This document shows positions 27,724 through 38,106 of a DNA stretch of 64,000 nt, in pieces. The DNA is from Ignavibacteria bacterium (GTDB lineage: Bacteria; Bacteroidota; Ignavibacteria; Tepidaquicellales; OLB5), in contig JAYRXC010000004.1 in the NCBI GenBank assembly GCA_041917655.1, positions 7,450 through 71,449 on the forward strand, read 5' to 3'. Position 1 is the first letter of the stretch. Each line of letters begins with the position of its first letter. The position numbers and the translations under genes are program-made. The notes beneath the pieces were generated by a model that worked only from the letters and a program-made list of their open reading frames with translations, did not search any database and had not been told where the DNA came from.

Positions 27724-29109
27724 CTAATTTACGGCAATTGCTTCCCCGAACAGGGTAGCGGAGTTTGCCTTTGTAACCTTCACCTTAACTTTTTCGCCGG
27801 GTTTCGCTCCGTTAATTGGAATGATAACCGTTTTATTGCCGTCTGTCCGGCCAAAAAGCATCTTGTCTGATTTTTTGCTTATTCCCTCAATTATTACTTC
27901 ATATTCCCTGCCAACAGTTTGAGCATTCTTCTCTTCAGATATTTGGCGCTGCAGCTCTACTATTTCCATCAGCCTGCGGGTCTTGGTTTCTTCATCAACA
28001 TCATCTTCCATTTGCCATGCCTTGGTCTTTTCGCGGGGCGAATATTTAAACATATATGCGCCGTCATATTTAACTTCCCGCATAATGTCGAGTGTCATTT
28101 TATGATCTTCTTCGGTCTCGGTACAGAAACCGGAAATGATATCTGTTGAAAGTGAAACATCAGGCAGAATACTCTTAATGCTCTGCATAATGTTCATATA
28201 ATGTTCAACTGTATAGCTGCGTTTCATCAGCTCAAGCACGCGGTTGCTTCCGGATTGAACCGGCAGGTGAATATACTTGCATAAATTATCATACTGCGCA
28301 ATTGTTTCAATTAGCTTGAGCGAGAGATCCTGCGGGTGAGAAGTTGTGAACCTGATTCTCAATCCCGGTGCTGCTTCAGCGCAAGCTGCAAGCAGGTCAG
28401 AGAAATCATCACTCTCGCTGCGGTATGAATTAACATTCTGCCCAAGCAGCGTAACATCTTTGAACCCTTCCTGCTCCAGCTTTACGATCTCCCTTACAAC
28501 GCCTTCCAGCGGCCTGCTGCGTTCCCTGCCGCGTGTATATGGCACCACGCAGAAGCTGCAGAACTTATCACAGCCGCGCATAATAGAAAGCCAGGCGCTG
28601 ATCCCCTCTTTGCGGATGGGAAGTATATCATCATAAGTTTCAACTCTCGAAAGCTTAACCGCTATGCCTTTTTCACCTGTATCGATCAGGTTATCGATAA
28701 GCGATGGCAGCTTACGGTACTCATCCGGACCCAAAACAAGATCAACCACACCTTTTTTTGTGATGAGATCCCTTTTCAGCCTTTCAGCCATACAGCCAAT
28801 AATGCCAACCACAAGCTTTGGATTGCGCTTCTTATACTTTTTGATCTCCGTGAGCCTTTGCAGCACACGTGCTTCGGCCATTTCGCGGATGCTGCATGTA
28901 TTTATCAGGATTATAGCCGAATCATCAATATTTTCCGTAATGTCGTAACCGCTTTTGCCCATAATGCCGTTCACTATCTCAGTATCGGCAAAATTCATTT
29001 GGCAGCCATATGTTTCTACATACAGCTTTTTGCCTGATACAGCATCGGCAGCGGACTCACCCGTAAGGCTTTCCATCGGTATGTATTTTTCTAAAGCTCT
29101 TTCGTCCAA
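27724..29109 (-). CDS. miaB: tRNA-i6A37 methylthiotransferase
   Basis: LYVETYGCQMNFADTE (UPF0004 Cys), the radical-SAM CDKFCSFCVVPYTRGRERS motif, and a C-terminal TRAM domain (VKVKVTKANSATLFGE). Confidence 0.92.
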   Translation of the reverse strand: MDERALEKYIPMESLTGESAADAVSGKKLYVETYGCQMNFADTEIVNGIMGKSGYDITENIDDSAIILINTCSIREMAEARVLQRLTEIKKYKKRNPKLVVGIIGCMAERLKRDLITKKGVVDLVLGPDEYRKLPSLIDNLIDTGEKGIAVKLSRVETYDDILPIRKEGISAWLSIMRGCDKFCSFCVVPYTRGRERSRPLEGVVREIVKLEQEGFKDVTLLGQNVNSYRSESDDFSDLLAACAEAAPGLRIRFTTSHPQDLSLKLIETIAQYDNLCKYIHLPVQSGSNRVLELMKRSYTVEHYMNIMQSIKSILPDVSLSTDIISGFCTETEEDHKMTLDIMREVKYDGAYMFKYSPREKTKAWQMEDDVDEETKTRRLMEIVELQRQISEEKNAQTVGREYEVIIEGISKKSDKMLFGRTDGNKTVIIPINGAKPGEKVKVKVTKANSATLFGEAIAVN

Positions 29110-29128
29110 ACTATCTAACTTCCTGTTG

Positions 29129-29611
29129 CTATTTTATTCCGTATACTCTTAGATCTCGTGCGCGGGTGTACTTGAATTCATTTTCTCCGCAAACTTGCGG
29201 ATTGAGGTATAGCCTTAACTCAAGCCACAATGTATCTGAGTTGAAGCCCGACTCAAATGAATGCGGTTTGTTCACATTTTCATTTGAAGCCGAATACAAA
29301 ACATCATTAGTTGATGAATGGGAATTGCTTAGTACTGATATTGTTGAGTGATCGCTGGTAGAATAGCCGTCAAACTCAACCCTTAATTTGCTGTAAGCAG
29401 AAAGATCAAAAGTATCCTGCAGCAAATGCCTCAGTGTGTATGCATAACAACCTGTAACGACCGCACTATCCACAATACCCTCGTCTTCATACAGCAGGTC
29501 TTCCTGCTGTTTGCCGGCCGCGGGATTATCATCTCCGCATGACACAAAACCAAAAGTAAAAACAATAGCACATGCCAGGACCAGATACTTTGCTTTACCG
29601 GCTTTAAGCAT
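29129..29611 (-). CDS. Hypothetical lipoprotein
   Basis: Signal peptide with lipobox FGFVSC-GDDNP. No recognisable domain. The start overlaps the dxs stop by 8 nt. Confidence 0.6.
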   Translation of the reverse strand: MLKAGKAKYLVLACAIVFTFGFVSCGDDNPAAGKQQEDLLYEDEGIVDSAVVTGCYAYTLRHLLQDTFDLSAYSKLRVEFDGYSTSDHSTISVLSNSHSSTNDVLYSASNENVNKPHSFESGFNSDTLWLELRLYLNPQVCGENEFKYTRARDLRVYGIK

Positions 29612-31511
29612 TCACTTTTTCTTTTGTGTAAAGGAAATCTCTCATTATCTCTGAAACACCCTTTGGATCCATCTTCAGGTCTCTGAACAGCTCATCAGGC
29701 GTACCGTGGTCAACAAACTTATCAGGCAGGCCATGCATGATCAGGTCAACATCCTTTATCCTGTTCTGGTTCATGAATTCAAGTATCGCTGAACCGAATC
29801 CGCCGGTTATCACGTTATCTTCAAGTGTTATTACTTTTTTGTGCCTGCTGAATACATCTTTCAGCATTTCGCCATCTAGCGGTTTTACAAAGCGTGCGTT
29901 AATGACTTCAATATCAAGCTTCTCATCTGCAAGTATGGCGCGTGTTTTCATCGCAATATCAACCATGTTCCCAATAGCTATGATAGCTGCATCAGTACCT
30001 TTGGCAACTATTTCGCCTTTACCTATTGGTATCTGGCTAAATGGCTTTATCTCAACGCCAAGCGCGTTGCCGCGGGGATACCTGAGGGCAATCGGACCCT
30101 TTTTATACAGTGTAGCTGTGTAAAGCATATCACGGAGTTCCTGCTCATCTTTCGGCGCCATTAAAACCGTGTTCTGAATGCAGCGGAAATAGCTGAGGTC
30201 AAGCGAGCCGTGATGCGTGGGACCGTCTGCGCCTACTATTCCGGCCCTATCCATTACAAATACAACCGGAAGCTTTTGTGTAGCGCAGTCATGTATTATC
30301 TGGTCAAATGCGCGCTGCAGGAATGAAGAATATATCGCGCAAACAGGTGTGAATCCCTCGGTAGCCATACCTGCCGCAAATGTTACCGCATGCTGCTCTG
30401 CAATTCCCACATCAAAATACTTCTCAGGCATTTCCTTCTGAAGTATATCAAGCCCTGTGCCATCAGGCATTGCGGCTGTTATACCAACAACTTTTTCATT
30501 TTCTTTACATATTTCTACCAGCGCTTCGCCGAATATCTTTGTATATGCGGGTGAACCTCCGGACTTTTTGAATGCTTCGCCGGTAACTTTATCCCACGGT
30601 GTTGAAGCATGGAATTTCTGGTAATGATTCTTAGCGGGCTTGTAGCCATGACCTTTTTCGGTTACAACGTGAACCAATATCGGGCCGCTGAAATCTTTTA
30701 TCTCTTCAAAAATTTTAACTACATTAACTATATTGTGTCCGTTGATAGGCCCAAAGTATCTGAAGCCAAGCGCTTCGAAAAGCATACCGGGTGTAACAAC
30801 ACCCTTTATGCCGCCTTCAACTTTTGCAGCAAAGTTACGAAGCCTGTCGCCAATTTTTTTATCAAGCTTGCCGGTTGCATCCCAAACATAATTCCTGAAC
30901 TTGTTATATGAGGGATTTGATAAGAATTCGTTGAAATAGTTATGAAGCGACCATACGTTTGGCGCGATAGACATCTTGTTATCGTTCAGTACTACTATGA
31001 TATCTTTTTTTAGCAGGCCAATATTATTCATAGCCTCATAAGCCATACCGCCTGTCATTGAACCATCGCCGATAATGCCTACGACTTTAAATTTCTTTTT
31101 GAGGAAATCCCTGCCTGCTGCAACACCCAGCGCTGCTGAAAGTGAAGTGCTGGCATGTCCTGCGCCGAATACATCGTATTCGCTCTCGCTTCTTTTCAGG
31201 AATCCGCTGATACCGCCATACTGGCGTATGGTTTTAAGCTGTTCTTTCCTTCCGGTTAGTATTTTGTGAATATATCCCTGGTGGCCAACATCCCATATCA
31301 GCTTGTCATCGGGTGTGTTAAAAACATAGTGCAGCGCAACCGTTAGCTCTGCCACTCCAAGCGAAGCGCCGAGATGGCCCCCTATCTTGGATATGGTATC
31401 AACAAGATATTCTCTTATCTCATCTACAAGCACTTTCAGCTCGGTCAGGTTAAGTTTTTTAAGGTCTGCCGGCGAATTTATTGAATCCAGGTATTTATAT
31501 TCTGTTTCCAC
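29604..31511 (-). CDS. dxs: 1-deoxy-D-xylulose-5-phosphate synthase
   Basis: GGHLGASLGVAELTVALHYVF, DVGHQGYIHKILTGR, IGDGSMTGGMAYEAMN, GIAEQHAVTFAAGMA and DRAGIVGADGPTHHG. Confidence 0.97.
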   Translation of the reverse strand: METEYKYLDSINSPADLKKLNLTELKVLVDEIREYLVDTISKIGGHLGASLGVAELTVALHYVFNTPDDKLIWDVGHQGYIHKILTGRKEQLKTIRQYGGISGFLKRSESEYDVFGAGHASTSLSAALGVAAGRDFLKKKFKVVGIIGDGSMTGGMAYEAMNNIGLLKKDIIVVLNDNKMSIAPNVWSLHNYFNEFLSNPSYNKFRNYVWDATGKLDKKIGDRLRNFAAKVEGGIKGVVTPGMLFEALGFRYFGPINGHNIVNVVKIFEEIKDFSGPILVHVVTEKGHGYKPAKNHYQKFHASTPWDKVTGEAFKKSGGSPAYTKIFGEALVEICKENEKVVGITAAMPDGTGLDILQKEMPEKYFDVGIAEQHAVTFAAGMATEGFTPVCAIYSSFLQRAFDQIIHDCATQKLPVVFVMDRAGIVGADGPTHHGSLDLSYFRCIQNTVLMAPKDEQELRDMLYTATLYKKGPIALRYPRGNALGVEIKPFSQIPIGKGEIVAKGTDAAIIAIGNMVDIAMKTRAILADEKLDIEVINARFVKPLDGEMLKDVFSRHKKVITLEDNVITGGFGSAILEFMNQNRIKDVDLIMHGLPDKFVDHGTPDELFRDLKMDPKGVSEIMRDFLYTKEKVNA

Positions 31512-31529
31512 TGTATTAAGTATTACTTT

Positions 31530-31772
31530 TTATTTATGTTCTTTTAACTCAATATCGCCCTTTGAGTTCCTGCTTATTTCTTTTATACGTAATTCGGCGT
31601 TATTAAGCTTATCATAGCAAAAACGTGTCAGGGTCAGCCCTTCTTCGTACAGTTTGATAGTTTCTTCCAGAGTACAATCATCGCTTTCAAGCTTCTCAAG
31701 GATGCCTTCAAGCCTTCTGTATGAATCTTCGAAAGTACTTTCGTGTTTTGTTTTTTTTGAGCCTGCTGCCAT
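31530..31772 (-). CDS. xseB: Exodeoxyribonuclease VII small subunit
   Basis: STFEDSYRRLEGILEKLESDDCTLEETIKLYEEGLTLTRFCYDKL matches the XseB pattern. It lies directly after xseA. Confidence 0.9.
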   Translation of the reverse strand: MAAGSKKTKHESTFEDSYRRLEGILEKLESDDCTLEETIKLYEEGLTLTRFCYDKLNNAELRIKEISRNSKGDIELKEHK

Positions 31773-33020
31773 TTACTCTATTTTTGCTTTCTTCTTTGAA
31801 TCATGGAACTGAAGCTCCACTTCTTCATTTTTACGGAGCTGCGATGCTCGCGTTACGATCTTATCAAAATCGAACTGCAGGCGCATTTCATCCATATCAA
31901 CTCTTTTCTTCACGATCGCATAGCCCTTCTTCAAATTAGTCTCAGGGCTAACGTGATGCAAAGTTTTTCCGTAATTTTTTACCTGGTTCTTCAGCGATGA
32001 TATTTTTTCGTTCGTGCATTTTTCTATTCTGCGCGAAATATCATCAACCGATTGGTAAAAATTGTAAACCAAATCCTTAGGTCTATTGAAATAATAGCTT
32101 TTTTCAATCTCCCTTATAGAATTCCTCAGGTTTACGGTTTTGTTTTGGACAAAACTTCTACTAAAATACGAAAATTTGTCAAGATTTTCAATTAACTCTT
32201 TTGTATCCGGGGTTATTATCTCGGCAGCTGCAGAGGGGGTCGGTGCCCTCAAATCTGAGGCAAAATCGCAAATAGTGAAGTCAACTTCATGCCCAACAGC
32301 GCTAATAATGGGAATTTTGCATGAATTAATGGCCCGTGCCAGCTTCTCATCATTAAATGGCCATAAGTCTTCAATAGATCCGCCGCCGCGTGCGATTACA
32401 ATTATATCTATTTTGGGAAGCTTTCCCTTTTTTGAAGCGGCTTCGGTTTCGTGAAGTGCATCAATAATTGTTGATGCTGCAGAAGCTCCCTGCACATTCA
32501 CAGGGTAGATAAACAGATTCAGCATTGGATATCGGCGTTCTGTGATCCGGATGAAGTCATGCAGCACGGCTCCGGTTCCCGAAGTGATGAGTACAACATT
32601 TTCGGGGAAAGCAGGAATAGGTTTTTTGATTGATTCATCGAAAAGACCCTCTTCGTATAACCTTTGCTTAAGCTGCTCGAACCTTAGCTGCAATTCGCCT
32701 GCACCCTGCGGTTTTATTTCCCAAACTTCCACCTGGTAATTTCCGCGGGCGGGATAAACGGTCACACGCCCTTTTATAATTACCTGCATGCCGTCTTCTG
32801 GTGTGAACAATAGCGCGCTGTTGCGCGATTTCCACATCACGGCGCTTATCTGCGAGCTTTGATCTTTGATAGTGAAGTAATAATGCCCCGATTGCACATG
32901 CAGCTTAAAGTTGGAAATTTCCCCGGCAAGATTTACCACACGGAAATTCTCTTCGATAAGCTCTCTTATCTGCGCATTCAGTTCAGAAACAGTCAGTATT
33001 TCGGGAAGTATTCCGCTCAT
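31773..33020 (-). CDS. xseA: Exodeoxyribonuclease VII large subunit
   Basis: An N-terminal OB fold (VSELNAQIRELIEENF...GEISNFKLHVQSGHYYFTIKD), then RGGGSIEDLWPFNDE and ISAVGHEVDFTICDFASDLRAPTPSAAAE. Confidence 0.95.
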   Translation of the reverse strand: MSGILPEILTVSELNAQIRELIEENFRVVNLAGEISNFKLHVQSGHYYFTIKDQSSQISAVMWKSRNSALLFTPEDGMQVIIKGRVTVYPARGNYQVEVWEIKPQGAGELQLRFEQLKQRLYEEGLFDESIKKPIPAFPENVVLITSGTGAVLHDFIRITERRYPMLNLFIYPVNVQGASAASTIIDALHETEAASKKGKLPKIDIIVIARGGGSIEDLWPFNDEKLARAINSCKIPIISAVGHEVDFTICDFASDLRAPTPSAAAEIITPDTKELIENLDKFSYFSRSFVQNKTVNLRNSIREIEKSYYFNRPKDLVYNFYQSVDDISRRIEKCTNEKISSLKNQVKNYGKTLHHVSPETNLKKGYAIVKKRVDMDEMRLQFDFDKIVTRASQLRKNEEVELQFHDSKKKAKIE

Positions 33021-34459
33021 TCCTTCACAAACTTTATATTCACATTCTCAACTGTCCACCCGCCTTTGATGCCGATTGGAGAAGGATAGACATAAAACGG
33101 CTCGGAATATTCAAACGGCATTGGATAGCCGTAGTCGTAAACGCCGTTCGAGTTTCTATCTATGAACGAAAAAAGTGTGTAATTGGCTTCAAGTAGATTC
33201 TTGAACGCGAAGACTGAATCCCTTACATCAAATGCATATCTTACAACAGGAATCAATTTGTCGGAAGAAAGCTCTATTCTGTACGGAATATCAACCGGCA
33301 GATTATTATTGTATGCGCTGTTTATTCTTCCTTTAAGCTCGCCATAAGAATTGGAAGTGATCGTTCTGAATGGCAGGCGGAATGTATAGACCGAGTCACC
33401 GCCGGTCTTTATATCAAGCCGCATTTCATACTTCCTGTTCATCGCAAACTTGTTTGCAGCGAATACTTCTACCAATGAATCGTTCTTCCAGTTAAATACA
33501 ACTCTTTCTGCAGTTCCGTTCTCGTCAGTTATTTTCAGGTTATTCACAAGTTCATCACGCAGGGGTTTGTATCGGCTGAAGAAAACAAAAATACTTTGGT
33601 CGGGCTGCACAAAGCTAGAACCCGGCTCAATTGAGGTATATACAATTGACGCGGAATCTTTGTAATACTTGGTGTAATCCAGTTCCGGCAATACAGATGA
33701 AACAGCGATCTGTTTCATGTACATATCGATCCCGCCCGTTGTAACTGAATCCCTGATATCAACATCAAAAGGCAGTACAGCGAAACTCTCTCTTTCAGAA
33801 GTAAAGAGCAGGTTACGGTCTTCATCAAATATTGAAATGATGCGGTATTTACCCGGAGCCATATTGGTAAGCTGGTAAGTGCCGTCAGCGGCGGATTCAG
33901 TCTGGTAATCGGGTATATTCACTGTTGGATCGTAGCCGGTAGATGAACCAAGGTCGTACGCCAGTATCGAAACATTTTTGCTGTTTGTGTTAAACACTTT
34001 GCCGGTCACAGCTCCAAGATCAATTGTGCTTCCGGTTGAAAATGCAAATGTTACAGGAGCCGTGATAGCATTTCCCCGGATATCTTTCAGTGTGGTGTTA
34101 ATGCTTACAACAAATGTTTTGTTTGAGTTAATCTTGTCCAGATCGCGGGGAAATCTAACCTGCACATCTTTTGGCCCCCAGTCAAACTCAATATCACCTT
34201 TTATTTGCGGAGAAGTCCGGAAAGCATCCTGAAAGCTGCGCCTATCTATATACTCGCTGAACTCGAATTCGATGCTGTTGCCGCGAAAATTGACGGAATT
34301 AGGCTGTGGACTGATAATTTTGACAGCAGGGGGCACATTATCTTCTTCGCCGCCTCCTGGTGGCTGCTGATTGGCACAGGAGTAAAATCCAAAGATAAGG
34401 GAAAGCACCCCAAAAATTAGGAGCATTTTATGGTAAAATATGTATAAAATAGCCTTCAA
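33017..34459 (-). CDS. Ig-like (SbsA/Big_5-type) domain lipoprotein
   Basis: Lipobox GFYSC, with a possible real start at 34426 (MLLIFG...). PPAVKIISPQPNSVNFRGNSIEFEFSEYIDRRSF is typical of Big_5 Ig-like domains. 4-nt overlap with the xseA start. Confidence 0.6.
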   Translation of the reverse strand: MKAILYIFYHKMLLIFGVLSLIFGFYSCANQQPPGGGEEDNVPPAVKIISPQPNSVNFRGNSIEFEFSEYIDRRSFQDAFRTSPQIKGDIEFDWGPKDVQVRFPRDLDKINSNKTFVVSINTTLKDIRGNAITAPVTFAFSTGSTIDLGAVTGKVFNTNSKNVSILAYDLGSSTGYDPTVNIPDYQTESAADGTYQLTNMAPGKYRIISIFDEDRNLLFTSERESFAVLPFDVDIRDSVTTGGIDMYMKQIAVSSVLPELDYTKYYKDSASIVYTSIEPGSSFVQPDQSIFVFFSRYKPLRDELVNNLKITDENGTAERVVFNWKNDSLVEVFAANKFAMNRKYEMRLDIKTGGDSVYTFRLPFRTITSNSYGELKGRINSAYNNNLPVDIPYRIELSSDKLIPVVRYAFDVRDSVFAFKNLLEANYTLFSFIDRNSNGVYDYGYPMPFEYSEPFYVYPSPIGIKGGWTVENVNIKFVKE

Positions 34460-34641
34460 TACTCAAATATACCAATAAAAACGCAAAATTCATAAATACT
34501 ATCTCACCCTTAGAATATAACGGAAACAGTGTATTGAAATACCCTACAGATTGCCCCATTTTTGTAGTAGTAAGATTAATGATATAAGTGTAGTACTAAT
34601 CTAAATATCCTACTCCAAAGAAGTTAGAATCTTCGGTTATA

Positions 34642-35271
34642 ATGAATAAGACACTGACATATAAAGCCTTCAAAATAGCGGTGATGAGCCTGATGCTGAT
34701 AGCATTTTCAAATCCCGTTAGAACTCAGGTTGTGACCAATGACCCCGGTTCAAGCGGAAATGTTACCGTATTAACCGAGCTGCAGGGAGGGAATTGGGTT
34801 TTGACTGGTGTTGAATCAAAAGTTTACAACGGCGTTAATGTAACAAAATGGAATACAGTTGGATCAGAACTGACAGGGCTTTGTTCATGGAAGGATGTAT
34901 TGACAATTGAGCATACAGTGGTCTCTTCATTCAAATGGCAGGATCCCCCGAAAATGATGCAGCCCGGCAGCTATCTGAATATTGAGGCAATTTACACAAA
35001 CGTAGATTACAGCACCACAGCAAATATAAACACAGGCGTGAAGATGTTCTTCGAAAGAGTAGGCGCAAGCTACCTCACAATGGGTCCAAATGCTGTAGAA
35101 GTACTGAAGCTGAACAAGGATAACAAACAATACGCAAACGAAGTTAAAAAAGGTTTTTATTACGCTCCCAACACATTATTTGATGAAACTAAAGAGTGCC
35201 AATTGATTGTTGATTGTTATGTAGGTAAAGACCATTACGTTACAACTTATACATACACATATCAACCATAA
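34642..35271 (+). CDS. Secreted hypothetical protein (209 aa)
   Basis: N-terminal signal peptide (AVMSLMLIAFSNPVRTQ) and beta-rich composition. No recognised motif. Followed by a strong terminator. Confidence 0.55.
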   Translation: MNKTLTYKAFKIAVMSLMLIAFSNPVRTQVVTNDPGSSGNVTVLTELQGGNWVLTGVESKVYNGVNVTKWNTVGSELTGLCSWKDVLTIEHTVVSSFKWQDPPKMMQPGSYLNIEAIYTNVDYSTTANINTGVKMFFERVGASYLTMGPNAVEVLKLNKDNKQYANEVKKGFYYAPNTLFDETKECQLIVDCYVGKDHYVTTYTYTYQP

Positions 35272-35337
35272 AGTAATAAGATTTTTCTGCTATAACAGCT
35301 TAGCTGATAGTATTCCCTACTAATTAGCAGATGAACC

Positions 35338-35367
35338 GGGGCTTACAAGAGTAAGCCCTTTTTTTTT
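35338..35367 (+). terminator. Rho-independent terminator
   Basis: gggcttac-aaga-gtaagccc followed by nine T. Confidence 0.85.
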
Positions 35368-35452
35368 ACCGCAAATCTACCCTATGTTTCAATAAACTTT
35401 TTTTCAAGCGATTTTGTTATTAAATTAAATAAATAAAACCTGCTTTACTGAA

Positions 35453-36499
35453 ATGAAAATAACAACAATAACAGTTTTGCTTCTGATCATTACCTGTACA
35501 GCTTTCTCACAGGAGCATAAAAGTCTATTCGGGCACAAGGGAAATGTAAATTCCATAGCTTTTTCACCTGATTCAAAAACAATGGCCAGTTGTGATGAGA
35601 ACGGTAACCTGGTTTTCAGGGATACCGAGTCGGGTGCCACCACACATAGCATCAATTCAGAAACCAATATCACAAGTGTGAATTACTCACCCGCTTCGCT
35701 CAATGCGTTTGTATTTACTGAATACACAGGTTATGTGAATTTGATGAAAGCTGACAGCAAGGAGATATACAAAAATTTCAGCGTGGAGGGAAACTGCTAT
35801 TTTGCAGATTTTTCTGATGACGGCAAGCAGCTTGCCGTTGCATACATTAAGGAACCTACGGAAAAAGAAAAGGATAAAGGCATAAGGATCAGCTACTATG
35901 TTGAGATATACGAAACTGATAAATTTACCAAAACCAAAACCCTGAAGCTTACCCGCGCAGGCGATAATGACGGCGAGCTTTTTGGCAGCGAGTTTTTTGA
36001 AACTTACCGGTATAATTATTTTAATTGCGAGTTTAATCCTGCCGGTACTTACATAGCCGCAGGCAGCATGGGCAAAAACATTCCGATCTACAGCTTCGAG
36101 TACAAGAAGTTCGTTCCGCCGTATAAAGGACACAGCAAAAGGGTTTTTTCGGTTACTTTTTCACCAGACGGAACATACCTTGCCAGCTCAAGCAAAGATG
36201 AGACAGTGAAGCTATGGAACGTTGTAAATGCCGGCACTATTCTTACCCTGAAAGGCCACACTGATGATGTTAACAGTTCGGCATTTTCACCCGATAGCAG
36301 GTATATTGCGACCGCCAGCGATGATGAAACAGTAATTATCTGGGATGTTAAAACAACGAAGTTATATAAAACCCTTTCGGGGTTTGGAGGCGATGTAATG
36401 ACAGTCAAATTCTCACCTGACGGCAGGTACCTTGCCGCGGGCGGCGAAAACGCAAAGCTATGGATATGGGATACTTCTGAAATTCTGCCTGGAAACTAG
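35453..36499 (+). CDS. Secreted WD40 repeat protein
   Basis: Signal peptide MKITTITVLLLIITCTAFSQ. Repeats include GHKGNVNSIAFSPDSKTMAS, GHSKRVFSVTFSPDGTYLASSSKDETVKLWN, GHTDDVNSSAFSPDSRYIATASDDETVIIWD and GDVMTVKFSPDGRYLAAGG...LWIWD. Confidence 0.85.
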   Translation: MKITTITVLLLIITCTAFSQEHKSLFGHKGNVNSIAFSPDSKTMASCDENGNLVFRDTESGATTHSINSETNITSVNYSPASLNAFVFTEYTGYVNLMKADSKEIYKNFSVEGNCYFADFSDDGKQLAVAYIKEPTEKEKDKGIRISYYVEIYETDKFTKTKTLKLTRAGDNDGELFGSEFFETYRYNYFNCEFNPAGTYIAAGSMGKNIPIYSFEYKKFVPPYKGHSKRVFSVTFSPDGTYLASSSKDETVKLWNVVNAGTILTLKGHTDDVNSSAFSPDSRYIATASDDETVIIWDVKTTKLYKTLSGFGGDVMTVKFSPDGRYLAAGGENAKLWIWDTSEILPGN

Positions 36500-36507
36500 A
36501 ACTTGAT

Positions 36508-38106
36508 TTATTTTAACAGGATCATTTTTCTTGTTTCAGAATGACCCCCAGCCACCATTTCATAAAAATAGACGCCGCTGGGATAGTTCTGAGCATTCCA
36601 TTCAAAACTATAATTCCCCGGCAGCAAATGGTACTTTGTTATGGACTCAATTTCATTTCCCAGAATATCATAAATTACGATCTTAACAGATCCAGTATTC
36701 GGTATGGAATAGCTGATATCTGTTTGCGGGTTGAACGGGTTGGGGAAATTCTGTTTTAGGACAAACTTATTTGGTGAGGAGATTTCGTTTACCCCAACAA
36801 AAACCTGGCTGAACTTCACAACTCCAAAATCACTGTTTATGGTACCTGTAGCTATGATCTCGTTTGTGTTATTGATAGAAAGAGAATTGATATTGTCTGA
36901 CGGACCTTTATCGAGAATATATTGAGCTGTCAATAAACCTGAAGAACTATATCTCAGCAGCGCCATATCCAGGTTTGAATTCATAACGAATCCTCCGGTG
37001 TATACATTTCCTAGTGCATCAACTTTTAGTCCCCTCGGCTCATCATTGGTATTTGCTGTACCCCCAAATTTCCGAACCCAGCTGGTATCACCCGAGGTAT
37101 TAAGCTTCACAGTCATAATATCAGTGTTAGCCCCGCTTACAGTTGTTCTGCAGGCAAGATAGACATTGAAGGAGTTATCTACTTCCAATCCGTATGGTTC
37201 ATCGGTATCATTACCTGGACCGGTGATTGTCTTTGTCCATTGGATAACTCCAGCAGAACTGACTTTTACCACAAAAATGTCTGTGCCGGAACCTGTATTA
37301 TCCAGGTAGCCTGCAGCATATACATTTCCCGAGGTATCTATGCGGATTTTCTTAGCAAAATCAGAGGCATTTGAGCTTCCGTTAAAGACCTTTGACCATA
37401 CAGTGTCCCCTGTCGAATTTAACTTCATAATCAAGAAATTATTTCCGCTGTTTGTGGAGCCTGAACGTCCCGCCAGATAAATATTGGATGAATTATCCAC
37501 CTTTACATCCAGCCAACTATCCGGCTGATTGGGACCGCTGTTATATGATCTTGCAAAGAGCAATACGCCTGTGGGGCTGTATTTCAAAACAGTTGCATCA
37601 CTGCTGTTTCCGGTATTTGTTGAATATCCTGCAACATATATATTTCCTGCTGAATCAATCGCGATCGAGTTTGCCTCATCATTTATGTTCTGGGTTCCTC
37701 TGTATCTTCTCACCCAAGCTGTATCACCGGACGAGTTGTATCGGATTGTAACCATTTCAAAACCTGAACCATAGTTTACTCCGCCGGTTACGTATATATT
37801 CCCGGCATTATCAATTACCATTGCATTAGCAGCGTCAAATGCATTTGCAGTTCCGTTATAGGTTCTGCTCCACAACAATACCCCGCTCGAGGAATACTTC
37901 GCAACCTGCATATCAGTATTAGTCGATGAATTTACGGTAACTCCACAGGCATAAATATTACCTGAATTATCAGTGGCACTTGCCAGAGATCCATCATAAC
38001 TATTACTCGTACCATTTATGGTTCTTACCCATAAGGTATCAAACTGTGAAAACAAACTTGAACAGATTAGGAACAAAAGAAATATTGTCAGTTTTATCAT
38101 TTTCAT
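36508..38106 (-). CDS. SBBP-type beta-propeller repeat protein with T9SS C-terminal sorting domain
   Basis: Signal peptide, then many ~45-aa repeats ending in (D/N)xxGNIYV(T/A)G. The C-terminus FPNPFNPQT...GSVKIVIYDILGNE...PSGVYFYEMVAGGHSETRKMILLK is a Por/T9SS CTD. Confidence 0.85.
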   Translation of the reverse strand: MKMIKLTIFLLFLICSSLFSQFDTLWVRTINGTSNSYDGSLASATDNSGNIYACGVTVNSSTNTDMQVAKYSSSGVLLWSRTYNGTANAFDAANAMVIDNAGNIYVTGGVNYGSGFEMVTIRYNSSGDTAWVRRYRGTQNINDEANSIAIDSAGNIYVAGYSTNTGNSSDATVLKYSPTGVLLFARSYNSGPNQPDSWLDVKVDNSSNIYLAGRSGSTNSGNNFLIMKLNSTGDTVWSKVFNGSSNASDFAKKIRIDTSGNVYAAGYLDNTGSGTDIFVVKVSSAGVIQWTKTITGPGNDTDEPYGLEVDNSFNVYLACRTTVSGANTDIMTVKLNTSGDTSWVRKFGGTANTNDEPRGLKVDALGNVYTGGFVMNSNLDMALLRYSSSGLLTAQYILDKGPSDNINSLSINNTNEIIATGTINSDFGVVKFSQVFVGVNEISSPNKFVLKQNFPNPFNPQTDISYSIPNTGSVKIVIYDILGNEIESITKYHLLPGNYSFEWNAQNYPSGVYFYEMVAGGHSETRKMILLK

